A stretch of 64,000 nucleotides of DNA from Alphaproteobacteria bacterium (lineage in GTDB: Bacteria > Pseudomonadota > Alphaproteobacteria > SPJN01). The DNA is taken from NCBI GenBank assembly GCA_049609145.1, contig JBMYYF010000003.1, positions 152,256 through 216,255 of the forward strand, read 5' to 3'. This document shows, piece by piece, positions 39,664-52,277 of the stretch (its first letter is position 1; each line of letters begins with the position of its first letter). Under the pieces are notes generated by a model. It was not told the origin of the DNA and did no database searches. It worked only from the letters and a program-made list of their open reading frames with translations. The position numbers and the translations under genes are program-made.

Positions 39664-40836
39664 TCAATCTTTGCGCCGGAACGACGCGATATAGAACCCG
39701 TCACTATCGTTAAGATGCGGCAAAAGTTGGACAGGGGCTTCCTCGCCCACCTCAAAACCTTTGTTTCGCGCCAAAAAGGCCTGCGCTTGGGCATCATTTT
39801 CAACCGCAAGGAAGGAGCACGTCACATAAGTGAGCGTGCCGCCGGGTTTCACCAAAGGCGCGGCTTTATCCAGAATTTCAGCCTGTAGAGCGACGGTTTT
39901 CGCCAAGGTGGCTTCATCCAGCCGCCAGCGCGTTTCCGGGTTGCGTCGCCATGCGCCGGTGCCCGAACACGGGGCATCTACCAGTACGCGATGGGCGCGG
40001 CCTTCTGTGATGCGCTTCAGCTCATCATAATCGGTGTGAATTTGCGCATTGCGCACCTTGGCGCGCTCCAGCCGCTTTTTCAGGGCCTTCATGCGGCCAG
40101 CCAGCGCATCATAGGCATAGATCTGGCCTTTGTTCTGCATCGCAGCCGCCATGGCGAGTGTCTTCCCACCACCACCGGCGCAAAAATCCACCACCTGCTG
40201 ACCGGGCTCAACCTGCACCTTATCCGCCACATGCTGCGAGCCAACATCTTGCGGCTCCACCAATCCATCTTTCAATAAGGCCGGATTGACATCACCTTCA
40301 ACCCGCACCGCATGGGGCGACAACTCAAGCGCCACCCCGCCGGTTGAGGCCACTACATCATCGCGTGTGGTTTTCAGCACATTCACCCGCAGATCAACGG
40401 GCGCGCGACCTTCAAAGCCTGCCAGCACCGCGGGCAGTTCGTCGCCAAATTGGGCTTGTAACGGGCCAAACAAAAAGTCCGGCAGGTTGTGCGTTGCCGC
40501 TTCCTCAAGGGCGGGCACATCCGCGGCGGCCCAAGCCTGTTCAGCCTCGCTCAACGCCGCTGGCCCATGCCCTTCGCCATCGAACAAGGCCGCCAGATCC
40601 TCACCGCGCACATGCGCCAACATCAATCCGCGGGCGGAGCCATCGGGGGCGACCGCATTCAGCCGCCAACAATTACGCAGTATATCATAGACATAGGCTG
40701 AAATCGCGCGGCGATCCTTCGACCCGGCAAAGCGATGCGTGCGTCCCCAGGCCGAGACGGCCTTATCAGCCGGGCGTCCTTCATACACCTCATCCAAAAT
40801 TTGAATGGCAGCGGCAATGCGTGCTTTTTCTTGCAT
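39664..40836 (-). CDS. RsmB/NOP-family 16S rRNA m5C methyltransferase
   Basis: SAM-binding DFCAGGGGKT and PCSGTG catalytic Cys motif. Confidence 0.75.
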   Translation of the reverse strand: MQEKARIAAAIQILDEVYEGRPADKAVSAWGRTHRFAGSKDRRAISAYVYDILRNCWRLNAVAPDGSARGLMLAHVRGEDLAALFDGEGHGPAALSEAEQAWAAADVPALEEAATHNLPDFLFGPLQAQFGDELPAVLAGFEGRAPVDLRVNVLKTTRDDVVASTGGVALELSPHAVRVEGDVNPALLKDGLVEPQDVGSQHVADKVQVEPGQQVVDFCAGGGGKTLAMAAAMQNKGQIYAYDALAGRMKALKKRLERAKVRNAQIHTDYDELKRITEGRAHRVLVDAPCSGTGAWRRNPETRWRLDEATLAKTVALQAEILDKAAPLVKPGGTLTYVTCSFLAVENDAQAQAFLARNKGFEVGEEAPVQLLPHLNDSDGFYIASFRRKD

Positions 40837-40841
40837 ACCCG

Positions 40842-42670
<1,829 letters not shown>

Positions 42671-42756
42671 TCCGGCATCCAGACAGGGCCTCAACCAACA
42701 TCGCCCTACCAGATTTCCCCGCTACACCGACCCCGGCTGAAGCCCGAAGCAACAGC

Positions 42757-43515
42757 CTAGTCGTCACTCCTCCGAAAACCTTGGGCCAGCACATACATTT
42801 CTTTAGAATCCGCGCGGCTGGCCTTGGGCTTTACATGCCGCACCGTCTTAAACTGCCGCCGCATTTGAGCCAGCAAATCCGCTTCGGTGCCGCCTTGCAG
42901 CACCTTGGCCACAAAGGCCCCGCCGGGGGCCAACACTTCTTCTGCAAACATCAAAGCCGTTTCAGCCAGCGCCATAATCTTGATGTGATCGGTGCCCTTA
43001 TGCCCGGTGGCATGCGCTGCCATATCCGACATCACCAAATCGGCAGAGCCACCAAGCATCTGCTTCAAAACATCCGGTGCCTCATCAGCCATGAAATCCA
43101 TGGTGATAAGCTCCGCCCCTTCAATGCCATCCATCTCTTGCAAATCTATGCCGATCACCTTGCCGGTTGGCCCCACTTTTTTCACCGCCACCTGTGCCCA
43201 GCCGCCGGGCGCGGCCCCCAAATCGACAATGCGGCCGCCCTTGTGCAGCAGGTTGTAGCGCTCATCCATTTCGATCAGCTTATACGCCGCCCGTGAACGA
43301 TACCCGTCGGCCTGCGCCTTCTTCACATAGGGATCATTCAACTGCCGCTCCAGCCATAGCTTGGATGATATGCGCCGCCCCTTCGCCGTTTTCACCTTCA
43401 CATGCAGGCCGCTTTCACCTGTGGCACGGGTGCGCTTCTTCTTCTTTTTCGCTGCCGGTTTTGCCGCCGCCTTTTTAGAGGCATCAGGTTTATTGTTTCC
43501 ACCTTCTTGCGTCAT
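42757..43515 (-). CDS. rlmE: 23S rRNA (uridine2552-2'-O)-methyltransferase
   Basis: FtsJ fold: RSRAAYKL, VDLGAAPGGW; Lys-rich N-terminus. Confidence 0.85.
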   Translation of the reverse strand: MTQEGGNNKPDASKKAAAKPAAKKKKKRTRATGESGLHVKVKTAKGRRISSKLWLERQLNDPYVKKAQADGYRSRAAYKLIEMDERYNLLHKGGRIVDLGAAPGGWAQVAVKKVGPTGKVIGIDLQEMDGIEGAELITMDFMADEAPDVLKQMLGGSADLVMSDMAAHATGHKGTDHIKIMALAETALMFAEEVLAPGGAFVAKVLQGGTEADLLAQMRRQFKTVRHVKPKASRADSKEMYVLAQGFRRSDD

Positions 43516-44951
43516 GATGTGCCCTCTGCCGCCTCAGCGTTAATGTTTTGCGATTGCTTGTTATTGCCACCGCGGCGGCCACGCCCGCCCCCGCCGCGCC
43601 GACGGCGCTTCTTGCGGCGTTCGCGTTGGGCCTCTGCCATAAGCTGCAGCAACATGCCTTCGCGCAAACCGCGATCGGCCACCCGCACTCTAAGCGTTGG
43701 CCATTCAATCATAATCGCTTCCATGATGGCACAACCGGCAACCACAAGGTCAGCGCGTTCTTCACCAATACATGGCTCCGCCACCCGGCCATCATAATCC
43801 AGCGCCGCCAAGCGATGTGATATTTCCAACAATGCCGGTGAAGGTATCCACGACCCATCAACGGCGCGGCGATCATAGCGCGGCAATTTCAGGTGAATAC
43901 CGGCCAGTGTTGTCACCGTGCCCGACGTGCCCAGCAATTGTATTTTTGCCTCTGCGTGGTTTTCTTTCAAACCATGGCGCTTGGCAAAATCAGCCAACTG
44001 CCCGCGCACCACATCCAACATATGATGATAATCGACCGCGCCGGGATCATGGCCTTCCAGTGCCTCTGTCAGCGTTACCACGCCAGATGGCAATGAAACC
44101 CAGTCGGCCAGTTCCGGTGTTTCGCCCCGGCAATCAACCCAGATCAATTCGGTCGAGCCACCGCCAATATCAAACACCAAGGCGTAATCTGCCCATGGCT
44201 CGATCAACGGCTTGCACCCTTGCAAGGCTAGGCTGGCTTCGCGTTCGGTAGAGATAATATCCAGCTCAAGCCCTGTGCGGGCGCGCACACGGTCACGAAA
44301 AACATCGCCGTTCTCGGCTATTCGGCACGCCTCTGTCGCGATCGACCACGAACGGGTCACGCCGCGGCGGCTCATTTTTTCAACGCAATTTTCAAGGGCA
44401 TCGACAGCGCGGTCCATCGCCTCCTCCGACAAGGCACCGCTGCTGCGCACACCTTCACCCAATCTCACAACCCGCGAAAAAGCATCCACCACGCGAAAAC
44501 CATCGCGGGTGCGCCTTGCCACTAACAGGCGGCAATTGTTTGTGCCCAGATCAATCGCGGCATAAACCTCGCGCCCGCGCCTTATCCGTGCCGCGGGTCG
44601 TCCGTTTGCTGCTGGCGCCTGTTCCGGTGGGGTCGGCGGGGCATCGACGTGACCATCATGGCCAGTGCCCGATTGTTGGGCTGGCCGCTGCCAAAGCTGC
44701 ATTTTGGGTTTGCGGTTGGGCCGCGCGCGCCGGGCGGCCTGATCCCCAAGGGGCGCACTCGCGCCTGCCGTGCCTGCTGCCACGGCGGGGCCAGTTGGTT
44801 TGTGCTGGGGTGGCCTCGCGTCCTCACCATCTGGAGTCCCATTTGCGGACTCGGTTTGGTGCTGCGTCGTGTTCTTGTTACGACGCCCTCTCCGCCGGTT
44901 ACGGCGGCGACGCGAGCGGCCGGGGTTTTCCCGCCCCTCAAGCTCGCTCAC
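43512..44951 (-). CDS. Ppx/GppA-family phosphatase with Arg-rich N-terminal extension
   Basis: AIDLGTNNCRLLVAR actin-like fold starts at about residue 135; N-terminal ~130 aa is low-complexity and polybasic; 4-nt overlap with rlmE. Confidence 0.7.
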   Translation of the reverse strand: MSELEGRENPGRSRRRRNRRRGRRNKNTTQHQTESANGTPDGEDARPPQHKPTGPAVAAGTAGASAPLGDQAARRARPNRKPKMQLWQRPAQQSGTGHDGHVDAPPTPPEQAPAANGRPAARIRRGREVYAAIDLGTNNCRLLVARRTRDGFRVVDAFSRVVRLGEGVRSSGALSEEAMDRAVDALENCVEKMSRRGVTRSWSIATEACRIAENGDVFRDRVRARTGLELDIISTEREASLALQGCKPLIEPWADYALVFDIGGGSTELIWVDCRGETPELADWVSLPSGVVTLTEALEGHDPGAVDYHHMLDVVRGQLADFAKRHGLKENHAEAKIQLLGTSGTVTTLAGIHLKLPRYDRRAVDGSWIPSPALLEISHRLAALDYDGRVAEPCIGEERADLVVAGCAIMEAIMIEWPTLRVRVADRGLREGMLLQLMAEAQRERRKKRRRRGGGGRGRRGGNNKQSQNINAEAAEGTS

Positions 44952-45185
44952 AATGTTAATCCTTCATATTCCAGTCGCGCAGCCTGGCCCAAACTTCAGG
45001 GCGGCGCGCGGCCAGCATGTTTGTACAATCAACAAAGACTCTATCAGCCGAGCCGCGCTTGGCAAGAAAAGACCACGCTCCTCAACAACAATTGATGCGT
45101 TTTCGGCCTAAACCCGCTCGAAACCTGTAAAACTGGCGTTTAAATGAGTTTGAATGTCAGTTTTTGCCCCACCGCAAAGCTTGGG

Positions 45186-45893
45186 TCAGCCCGCTTGCAA
45201 AAGATGGTGGAAAAGCCCGAAAAGCAGCAAATATTGGGCGCCCATATATGTCACCCACACCGTCATCCGCGAGCCGGGAAAAGGCTTGCGAAACCGCTCT
45301 ATACCAATGACCGAATCCGAGACCATGAACAACACAGCCCCCAAAATGACCCAGCCCCCATAAGCATTTGAAAATACTGCCGAAATCCCCATGAACGCAA
45401 TCGTTGTGGCATAGAACGCGACCGGCAGGCGCATCGACCCTGCCCCCTTCCACAGCACGGCGATCATCCCCAATGCCGCCACGGCCAAGGCCACCGCTAT
45501 GCCAAATTGCCAGCCGGATAATTGGCTGAAATCCGCCAAAAACAGCATCGCAACCACATAAAAAACGTGACCCGTCAAAAAGGCCACAAGGCCATAAAGG
45601 AAGGTTTTATCTGTATTTCGCGCCAGCAACCCATCTCCCAACACGGAGAAGACGAGCGCTAAAAGCACAATAATACCAATACCTTGCGCTGTATCTGGCA
45701 GATGAATGTGGCTCGCCAATGTCCAAATTATCAAGCCCCCCACAGCGCCCACCTTCACCAAAGTACGGCGATTGATTGGGCCGTCTTCCGCCATAAATGG
45801 ATAGGCAATGCTTGTCAGCCCCGCCATGGCAAGGGCCAGCCAGCGCAGAAAATCAAGATTATCACCAAACAGAGGCGGCATTGGAAACGGCAT
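45186..45893 (-). CDS. lysoplasmalogenase / YhhN family membrane protein
   Basis: 235 aa, about 8 TM helices, YhhN-like pattern. Confidence 0.55.
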   Translation of the reverse strand: MPFPMPPLFGDNLDFLRWLALAMAGLTSIAYPFMAEDGPINRRTLVKVGAVGGLIIWTLASHIHLPDTAQGIGIIVLLALVFSVLGDGLLARNTDKTFLYGLVAFLTGHVFYVVAMLFLADFSQLSGWQFGIAVALAVAALGMIAVLWKGAGSMRLPVAFYATTIAFMGISAVFSNAYGGWVILGAVLFMVSDSVIGIERFRKPFPGSRMTVWVTYMGAQYLLLFGLFHHLLQAG

Positions 45894-45909
45894 GTTTTTC
45901 CCTTTTAAA

Positions 45910-46728
45910 TTAAAGGCTTATGAACATTCTGATAGATGTCAGCGCCAAAAACAAGGCGAAGATACGTGACAGTAATTTACGATCCAGCCCATGCGCCACC
46001 CGCGCCCCATAAGGCGCCATAAGAACAGATGCCGGTACAATCAACGCGAAACCAAGCAGATGTACATAGCCAACAGCAAAGGCCGGCAATCCCTCAACCG
46101 TCCAGCCACTAACCACAAAGCCGATCGTACCGGGCACGGCGATCAAAAAACCAATCGCCGCGGCGGTTCCCACCGCCTTGTGTACCGGATGCCCAAACAG
46201 GGTTAGGAACGGCACCGACAATGTCCCGCCGCCAATCCCCATCATGGAAGAGAAAGCCCCGATGATCAGCCCCATGGCACTGGTGCCTGTTCGGCCCGGT
46301 AGATTGGCTGATATCTGCCAGTTTTCGCGCCCGAAAGCCATATTCAGCGCAACCAAAAGCGCGACAACAGCGAAAACACCGGTCAGCGTTCGGCCACTCA
46401 CCATAGCGGCGATCAATGCCCCCAGCAAAACGCCACCGATGATCGCAGGCCCAATTAGGCGCAGCAACGCATCATCAACCGCGCCATTGCGCTGATGGCT
46501 GCGCGCCGAAGCGATGGAGGTCGGCACGATCGTTGCCAGAGACGTCCCCACAGCCAAATGCATGGAGATATCCGGAGAAACACCAACAATTTCAAATAGA
46601 TAGTAGAGAACAGGCACAACAATGATGCCACCGCCCACACCCAACAATCCGGCCAAAAATCCGGCAGCCGCCCCCGTTGCCAGCAGGGCCGCGATAACCG
46701 GCAACAATGTGGAGAGGCTTGTATCCAT
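45910..46728 (-). CDS. sulfite exporter TauE/SafE family protein
   Basis: two repeated 4-TM modules with GxGGG motifs (GVGGGIIVVP; GIGGGTLSVP). Confidence 0.75.
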   Translation of the reverse strand: MDTSLSTLLPVIAALLATGAAAGFLAGLLGVGGGIIVVPVLYYLFEIVGVSPDISMHLAVGTSLATIVPTSIASARSHQRNGAVDDALLRLIGPAIIGGVLLGALIAAMVSGRTLTGVFAVVALLVALNMAFGRENWQISANLPGRTGTSAMGLIIGAFSSMMGIGGGTLSVPFLTLFGHPVHKAVGTAAAIGFLIAVPGTIGFVVSGWTVEGLPAFAVGYVHLLGFALIVPASVLMAPYGARVAHGLDRKLLSRIFALFLALTSIRMFISL

Positions 46729-46763
46729 AAGGCCCCAACAAGGGAGTGAGAGAGAAACGACCG

Positions 46764-47744
46764 TTAGGCCGCCACATGTGATGCTGCGTTACGAAGCGCC
46801 TGTGCTCCGGCTTCTGCCAGATGCACATGGTCCGACAATGCGCGCCGATAGGCTCTAGCACCCCGCTCCCCTTGAAACAGGCCGACCATATGACGCGCGA
46901 TGGATTTGACCGGCGTGCCGCGATCACGGTTCATACGCGCGGCATATTCTACCATGGAATCAATAACTTGCTGGCGATCTGGCACATGGACATGCCCGAA
47001 AAAGCGTTGATCAACATCAGCCAGCATCCACGGTGTTTTATATGCCGCGCGCCCCAACATCACCCCATCCACATACGAAAGATGATCCTGCGCAGCCGCC
47101 AGATCAGGCACGCCGCCATTAATGACAATCTCAAGATCAGGCCGCGCCTGCTTCAAGTCATAAACGCGCTGGTAGTTTAGCGGCGGCACATCGCGGTTTT
47201 GCGCAGGGCTTAAACCACTAAGCCATGCTTTGCGCGCATGGACCGCAAAGCTTGTTATCCCCGCGCCGGTCACGGTTTCGATAAAGTTGCGGAAATCAGC
47301 GTCTTCATCTTGATCATCAATGCCAATCCGGCATTTCACGGTCACAGGAATATCCACCGCTTGTTGCATGGCTTCCACACAGCGCGCCACCAAATCCGGC
47401 TGGGCCATAAGGGCCGCGCCAAAACAGCCTGATTGCACCCGATCAGAGGGGCACCCCACATTCAAATTGATTTCATCATAGCCATAGCCTGCGCCGATAC
47501 GGGCCGCTTCCGCCAAGGCTTGCGGCTCGCTGCCTCCCAGTTGCAGTGCCAGAGGATGTTCCGCGGCATCAAAGCCCAGCAGGCGTTCCCGGTCGCCATG
47601 GATCACAGCGTTCGCCGTCACCATTTCTGTGTATAGCAGCGCATGGCGCGTGATGAGACGATGGAAATAGCGGCAATGCCGATCCGTCCAATCCATCATC
47701 GGTGCCACAGAAAAGCGGCGGGATATGTTGATGTTTTGCGTCAC
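46764..47744 (-). CDS. dusA: tRNA dihydrouridine synthase A
   Basis: FSVAPMMDWTDRHCRYF, NVGCP catalytic Cys motif. Confidence 0.85.
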   Translation of the reverse strand: MTQNINISRRFSVAPMMDWTDRHCRYFHRLITRHALLYTEMVTANAVIHGDRERLLGFDAAEHPLALQLGGSEPQALAEAARIGAGYGYDEINLNVGCPSDRVQSGCFGAALMAQPDLVARCVEAMQQAVDIPVTVKCRIGIDDQDEDADFRNFIETVTGAGITSFAVHARKAWLSGLSPAQNRDVPPLNYQRVYDLKQARPDLEIVINGGVPDLAAAQDHLSYVDGVMLGRAAYKTPWMLADVDQRFFGHVHVPDRQQVIDSMVEYAARMNRDRGTPVKSIARHMVGLFQGERGARAYRRALSDHVHLAEAGAQALRNAASHVAA

Positions 47745-47762
47745 AGCAGCAGTGTGACAAGT

Positions 47763-48374
47763 CTAAAACGTCAATCCAAGCGCCTTGAGGTCGCGCGTGG
47801 CCTGATCCGGGTGTTCAAATACAATGCCGTGCCAGCCGCGATCGTTTGCAGTGGCAATGTTTTTCGGCAGATCATCCAAAAACGCCAGTTCGGCCCCAGC
47901 CAGCCCGGCGCGGCGTTCCGTCAACTCATAGATGGCAGGATCGGGTTTGGCGCATTTTTCCCGTCCTGAGACGATCACATCATCAAACCCTTCAAACAGA
48001 CCGTAGGCGGCGCGCAAATCGTCAAACTGTTCGTCCGGCACATTGGTAAGACCAACAAGTCCGTAGCCTGCCGCCTTGAGTTGATCAATCAAATCAAAGG
48101 TGCCTTCAATGCGCCCCTTCACCATCTCCAGCCAACGATTGCCCCAAGCGCGAATGAGGTCTTCATGTTCAGGGTGCTGCGCAGACAATAGATCGGCATT
48201 TTCCTTGAAGCTCTTGCCGCCTTGATCGTGCTCGAAATGCCAATCCATCGTGCAAATCTCGGCCAGAAAATACTCCATCTGCGCCTCATCATCGATGAGC
48301 TTGCGATAAAGATGGCGCGGATCCCAATCGACCAACACATTTCCCATATCAAACACAACGGCCTTGACAGTCAT
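47763..48374 (-). CDS. HAD family hydrolase
   Basis: VVFDMGNVL motif I, LVGLTN motif II, K/DD motifs. Confidence 0.7.
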   Translation of the reverse strand: MTVKAVVFDMGNVLVDWDPRHLYRKLIDDEAQMEYFLAEICTMDWHFEHDQGGKSFKENADLLSAQHPEHEDLIRAWGNRWLEMVKGRIEGTFDLIDQLKAAGYGLVGLTNVPDEQFDDLRAAYGLFEGFDDVIVSGREKCAKPDPAIYELTERRAGLAGAELAFLDDLPKNIATANDRGWHGIVFEHPDQATRDLKALGLTF

Positions 48375-48387
48375 TAGCAGGTCTCCA

Positions 48388-48422
48388 AACGAAAAAAGCC
48401 GCGACTCCTTGCGAAGCGCGGC
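48388..48422 (-). terminator. rho-independent terminator downstream of rpmJ
   Basis: minus strand GGCCGCGCTTCGCAAGGAGTCGCGGC hairpin followed by TTTTTTCGTTT. Confidence 0.55.
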
Positions 48423-48445
48423 CTCAATCCGGTGTTGATGATCGC

Positions 48446-48571
48446 TTAGCCCTGACGAGCCTTCAGGCGCGGATTGCGCTTGTTGATCACGTAAACACGA
48501 CCTTTACGGCGCACGACGCGACAATGGCGATCACGTTTCTTGGCAGACTTCAATGAGTTGACGACTTTCAT
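48446..48571 (-). CDS. rpmJ: 50S ribosomal protein L36 (cysteine-less form)
   Basis: 41 aa [41 protein letters not shown]; ORF-track start trimmed. Confidence 0.8.
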   Translation of the reverse strand: MKVVNSLKSAKKRDRHCRVVRRKGRVYVINKRNPRLKARQG

Positions 48572-48720
48572 GAGATCGCCCTTTCCATAACAAAACCGCC
48601 AGAAATGACGGCACAAATCTTGATGCAAAATCAGTTGGGCGGAACCTATTGAACGCGCTCGCCCCTGTCAACAAAGGGCGGCGCAGCGATTTAGGGCACA
48701 CGGTCGCACGTTGCGCCAGT

Positions 48721-49419
48721 TTAGGCAGAGGCGTGGGCCTGCAACCACCTAATCACCGGCTGGAAAGCTTTTACCTGTTCCAACATAAAGGGCACGGCAT
48801 CGGCAGAAAACAGCGGGGAAGACCCGGGAATATGCCGGGTCATGTAGAAACCGCTATGCTTGAGAAATTCTGCCCGTTTGTGATCGGGGTCAAAACCGCG
48901 AGGCACACGTTTGTAATGAGTGCCACCCGGCCCTTCAAATCCGGCCTTCTCCACTTTTTTAACGGCGCGCAGAAGCGCTGGGCCTTTCTTGTCATCAATA
49001 ATGGCAGCCCGATACGCGTCGCGCGGGCCTGTATCAAAGCGGAACCAGCCACCCGCCAACCACAGCCCGTCAATGCCGATATGCACAAAGGTCCCCGGCC
49101 CTTCCTTCATGCCCTGTGCAGGCTGACGCAAGCGCAGAAACATATTGTGTTTATAGGGCGTCTTGTCCTTGGAAAAGCGCGTATCGCGATTGATACGCCC
49201 AATCGTGCCGCCCACTTTCGGTACGGCTATAATGTCGGGCGATATTTTGGAAAGCCCCGGCGCCAGTGCGGCTACAAAGTCCTTGGCGGGTTCCAGATGC
49301 AAGGCATCATAGTCAGCTCTGTGCGCCTCAAACCATGTCTTGCTATTGTTCTTCTTGAGCGCTTTGTAGAATTTGATCAGCGCCGGATCGAAGCCGGAAA
49401 AAGTTGAAGATACGGACAC
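48721..49419 (-). CDS. DUF2461 (TIGR02453) family protein
   Basis: 232 aa conserved hypothetical family; 3-nt gap to the upstream tetR. Confidence 0.55.
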   Translation of the reverse strand: MSVSSTFSGFDPALIKFYKALKKNNSKTWFEAHRADYDALHLEPAKDFVAALAPGLSKISPDIIAVPKVGGTIGRINRDTRFSKDKTPYKHNMFLRLRQPAQGMKEGPGTFVHIGIDGLWLAGGWFRFDTGPRDAYRAAIIDDKKGPALLRAVKKVEKAGFEGPGGTHYKRVPRGFDPDHKRAEFLKHSGFYMTRHIPGSSPLFSADAVPFMLEQVKAFQPVIRWLQAHASA

Positions 49420-49422
49420 GCG

Positions 49423-50091
49423 CTATTCCTCGTCTGCCGGCATGCCCCCACTCAACAGATGGATTTCCAGAAGACGGGCAAACCATTTACGGAAATCTTT
49501 CCGCATTTCGCTTTGGTCTTCAACGCCAAAACTGTCCAACAGGCCAGACCCAAACACCGCCTCCCCAAAGGCGGCACTTGCTGCCAGCAAGACCACATTC
49601 ATCGTATCCTGTTTGTTTGCACGCGGCAGGCCCAGCTTCTCAGCGCCTTCATCCCGTAGATTGTGGATAACCTCGGAAATATCGCGCATCAGAAATTCAT
49701 CAGCCGTGCCAGCGGGGATATCCGGCATACGGCCAGACAGAACGACCCAAGCCAGCAAACGCGCCAAGCCACGATCTGATAGCACGGAAAAGACCTGCGA
49801 TATCACTTCCCCGGCATCCGGGTTCTGCAGGTCGATATCCTTCAAAAGCTCAATCAAACCTTCACGCAGATTGAGCAATGTGCGCACAGAAAGCGCCAAC
49901 ACAAGCCCATCCCGGCTTTCAAAGTGATGCAAAATGGCCGGATGAGAGATACCTACATCGGCAGCGATGTCTTGCAGGCGCAACGCCTCTGGCCCGCCTT
50001 TGGCCAACCGTTCTTCGGCGGCATCAAGGATCACCCGTCGGGCTTCTTCCTTTGTGCGGCGAACCCGCTTTTTCGGTACTGTATCAGCCAT
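49423..50091 (-). CDS. TetR/AcrR family transcriptional regulator
   Basis: N-terminal HTH (RLQDIAADVGISHPAILHHFESRDGL). Confidence 0.8.
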   Translation of the reverse strand: MADTVPKKRVRRTKEEARRVILDAAEERLAKGGPEALRLQDIAADVGISHPAILHHFESRDGLVLALSVRTLLNLREGLIELLKDIDLQNPDAGEVISQVFSVLSDRGLARLLAWVVLSGRMPDIPAGTADEFLMRDISEVIHNLRDEGAEKLGLPRANKQDTMNVVLLAASAAFGEAVFGSGLLDSFGVEDQSEMRKDFRKWFARLLEIHLLSGGMPADEE

Positions 50092-50100
50092 AGTGATTCG

Positions 50101-50553
50101 TTATCCCCTGCCACGATAGCTTGGCACATTGGCGTCGGGAACCCAAACGCCGCCCGGCACATTGCCGGTTTGATAGAAAATGTCGATCGGCATACCGCCA
50201 CGCGGATACCAGTAGCCACCTATACGCAACCAACGCGGCTGCATCGCCGCGATCAAACGCTTGGCGATCATCACCGTGCAGTCTTCGTGGAACGCGCCAT
50301 GATTACGGAACGATTGAAAAAACAGCTTGAGCGATTTGGATTCAACCAATGCTTGGTCCGGCACGTAGTCGATGACCAAATGAGCAAAATCAGGCTGGCC
50401 TGTCACGGGGCACAGGCTGGTAAATTCTGGCTGCACGAAGCGCACCGCATAGTCCACATCCGGATGTGGGTTGGGCACTGTTTCCAGCACCGCTTCTTCT
50501 GGATTGTTGGCGGCAACGGCCTGGCTGCCAAGTTGTGAAACTTTATCGCTCAT
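50101..50553 (-). CDS. queF: NADPH-dependent 7-cyano-7-deazaguanine reductase (unimodular)
   Basis: QueF motif ...[15 protein letters not shown]...; start at MSDKVSQL overlaps the queD stop (ATGA). Confidence 0.85.
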   Translation of the reverse strand: MSDKVSQLGSQAVAANNPEEAVLETVPNPHPDVDYAVRFVQPEFTSLCPVTGQPDFAHLVIDYVPDQALVESKSLKLFFQSFRNHGAFHEDCTVMIAKRLIAAMQPRWLRIGGYWYPRGGMPIDIFYQTGNVPGGVWVPDANVPSYRGRG

Positions 50554-50924
50554 GCCGCGCGCCCCACATATTCGCACCCTTCGTTCAAGGAATCGCGGTG
50601 CACCCCCACTTTGAATAGCGACGGTAACGCCGGAGCCAAAGCGTTGAAGATAAACACGCTGAGATTTTCCAACGTTGGCACCTCAAGTCCCGGCACTTCA
50701 TTCAACGTGTTGTGATCCAGCACGTCGCGCATTTTGGCAATGGCTGCATTCACTTCCTGCAAATCTTGAAGCAAGCCTGTATCCGCATTAGGCACACCGC
50801 GCATGAACACAGCAACACGGAATGAATGCCCGTGCATCCGCCGGTTTGGGTGACCTTCCGGTGCATGGGGCAGGAAATGGGCCGCGTCGAAGCGGAATTC
50901 CTTATATAATTCAACCGTGTGCAT
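50550..50924 (-). CDS. queD: 6-carboxy-5,6,7,8-tetrahydropterin synthase
   Basis: [20 protein letters not shown]...HGHSF catalytic His motifs; ORF-track start trimmed to the conserved N-terminus. Confidence 0.8.
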   Translation of the reverse strand: MHTVELYKEFRFDAAHFLPHAPEGHPNRRMHGHSFRVAVFMRGVPNADTGLLQDLQEVNAAIAKMRDVLDHNTLNEVPGLEVPTLENLSVFIFNALAPALPSLFKVGVHRDSLNEGCEYVGRAA

Positions 50925-50932
50925 GGCTTTGG

Positions 50933-51562
50933 CTAATCTATGCCCAATATCTTGTGACTTTGCAGGCTTAATGACCAGTGCGGGTGAGATAAGCAATAGG
51001 ACGTAGCCGCGCGGGTGTTTTCCGCCGTTGCCGGCCCGTCCATGGGTTGCAGATAAAAATGGCTGAATTTAAGGCTTTCAAAGCGGGCGGGCATGGCTTT
51101 GGGCTGCGGATAGACCAGCTTCAACTCATCGCCGGAAAGTTGCGCCAGTGGCGCGTCTGCCTTGGGGCTGACACATATCCAGTCAATGCCCTTTGGTGCT
51201 TTGATAGTGCCATTGGTTTCGACCGCTATCTCAAAGGCTTGATCATGCAGTGCATTGATCAGAGCTTGATCAAGCTGCAGCAAGGGCTCCCCGCCGGTAC
51301 ACACAACATAAGGTGTGCCACCACCCGGCCAAAATGACTTGACCCGCGCTGCCAGTTCATCCGCGGCCTTGAACTGACCGCCATTTTGACCATCTACGCC
51401 GACAAAATCGGTATCGCAAAAGGTGCAAACGGCTTGAGTGCGATCACGCTCCAACCCGTTCCAAAGATTGCACCCGGCAAAGCGCAGGAACACCGCCGGG
51501 CGGCCCGCTTGCGCGCCTTCCCCCTGCAGGGTGTAAAACATTTCCTTGATCGAATAAGTCAT
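50933..51562 (-). CDS. queE: 7-carboxy-7-deazaguanine synthase (radical SAM)
   Basis: LQGEG...[12 protein letters not shown] cluster-binding motif. Confidence 0.85.
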   Translation of the reverse strand: MTYSIKEMFYTLQGEGAQAGRPAVFLRFAGCNLWNGLERDRTQAVCTFCDTDFVGVDGQNGGQFKAADELAARVKSFWPGGGTPYVVCTGGEPLLQLDQALINALHDQAFEIAVETNGTIKAPKGIDWICVSPKADAPLAQLSGDELKLVYPQPKAMPARFESLKFSHFYLQPMDGPATAENTRAATSYCLSHPHWSLSLQSHKILGID

Positions 51563-52269
51563 CGTTCATTCCATGCGGACCATTCTGCATGGCCCTTGGC
51601 ACGCAACTCACACGCAGGGCATGTGCCGCAGCCATAGCCCCAAGAATGGCGCTTGGCACGTACCCCTTCATAGCAGGTGTGGGATTGTTCCAAAATAACA
51701 TCGATCAAACGCTCGCCGCCCAACCGCTCGGCCAAAGCCCATATTTGCGCCTTGGTGATAAACATCAACGGTGTTTCGATTGACACATCTTGATCCAACC
51801 CCAACGACAAAGCCGACGCCATCGCTTTCATCGTATCATCCCGGCAATCGGGATAGCCGGAATAATCCGTCTCGCACATGCCGCCCACAAGCGTTTCAAT
51901 GCCCCGCCGCCAGCCATAAGCCGCAGCCAGCGTGAGAAACAGCAAATTGCGCCCCGGCACAAAGGTATTGGGTAAGCCGCCTTCTTCTGCCTTGATCGCT
52001 ACATCGTGGGTCAGGGCTGTTTGCGCGACATCGCCCAAGACATGGGCTGGCAGCACAATATCAACCCCCAACTTGCCTTTGGCACGGTCCATCATGGCAA
52101 TCGCGACGGCATCGCGCAAAGGGCCGCGCACCTCCATCTCAATGGCGTGACGCTGCCCATAGTCGAAACCGATGGTTTCCACATAATCAAAGCGATCAAG
52201 CGCCCATGCCAGACAGGTGGCACTATCCTGCCCGCCTGAAAACAGCACGAGCGCTTTGGAAACGGTCAT
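51559..52269 (-). CDS. queC: 7-cyano-7-deazaguanine synthase
   Basis: SGGQDS PP-loop, C-terminal zinc cysteines CTCPACELR; 4-nt overlap with queE. Confidence 0.9.
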   Translation of the reverse strand: MTVSKALVLFSGGQDSATCLAWALDRFDYVETIGFDYGQRHAIEMEVRGPLRDAVAIAMMDRAKGKLGVDIVLPAHVLGDVAQTALTHDVAIKAEEGGLPNTFVPGRNLLFLTLAAAYGWRRGIETLVGGMCETDYSGYPDCRDDTMKAMASALSLGLDQDVSIETPLMFITKAQIWALAERLGGERLIDVILEQSHTCYEGVRAKRHSWGYGCGTCPACELRAKGHAEWSAWNER

Positions 52270-52277
52270 GGCTGGCC

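Noticed and set aside
43540-43640. GC-rich repetitive CCGCC/GGCGG stretch that looks like a tandem repeat
   Set aside because: In frame it encodes the Arg-rich N-terminal extension of the Ppx/GppA gene on the minus strand. Spacing is not regular, so it is not a CRISPR or VNTR array.
52270-52277. preQ1 riboswitch upstream of queC
   Set aside because: Only 8 nt separate queC from the upstream hydrolase gene, so there is no room for an aptamer.
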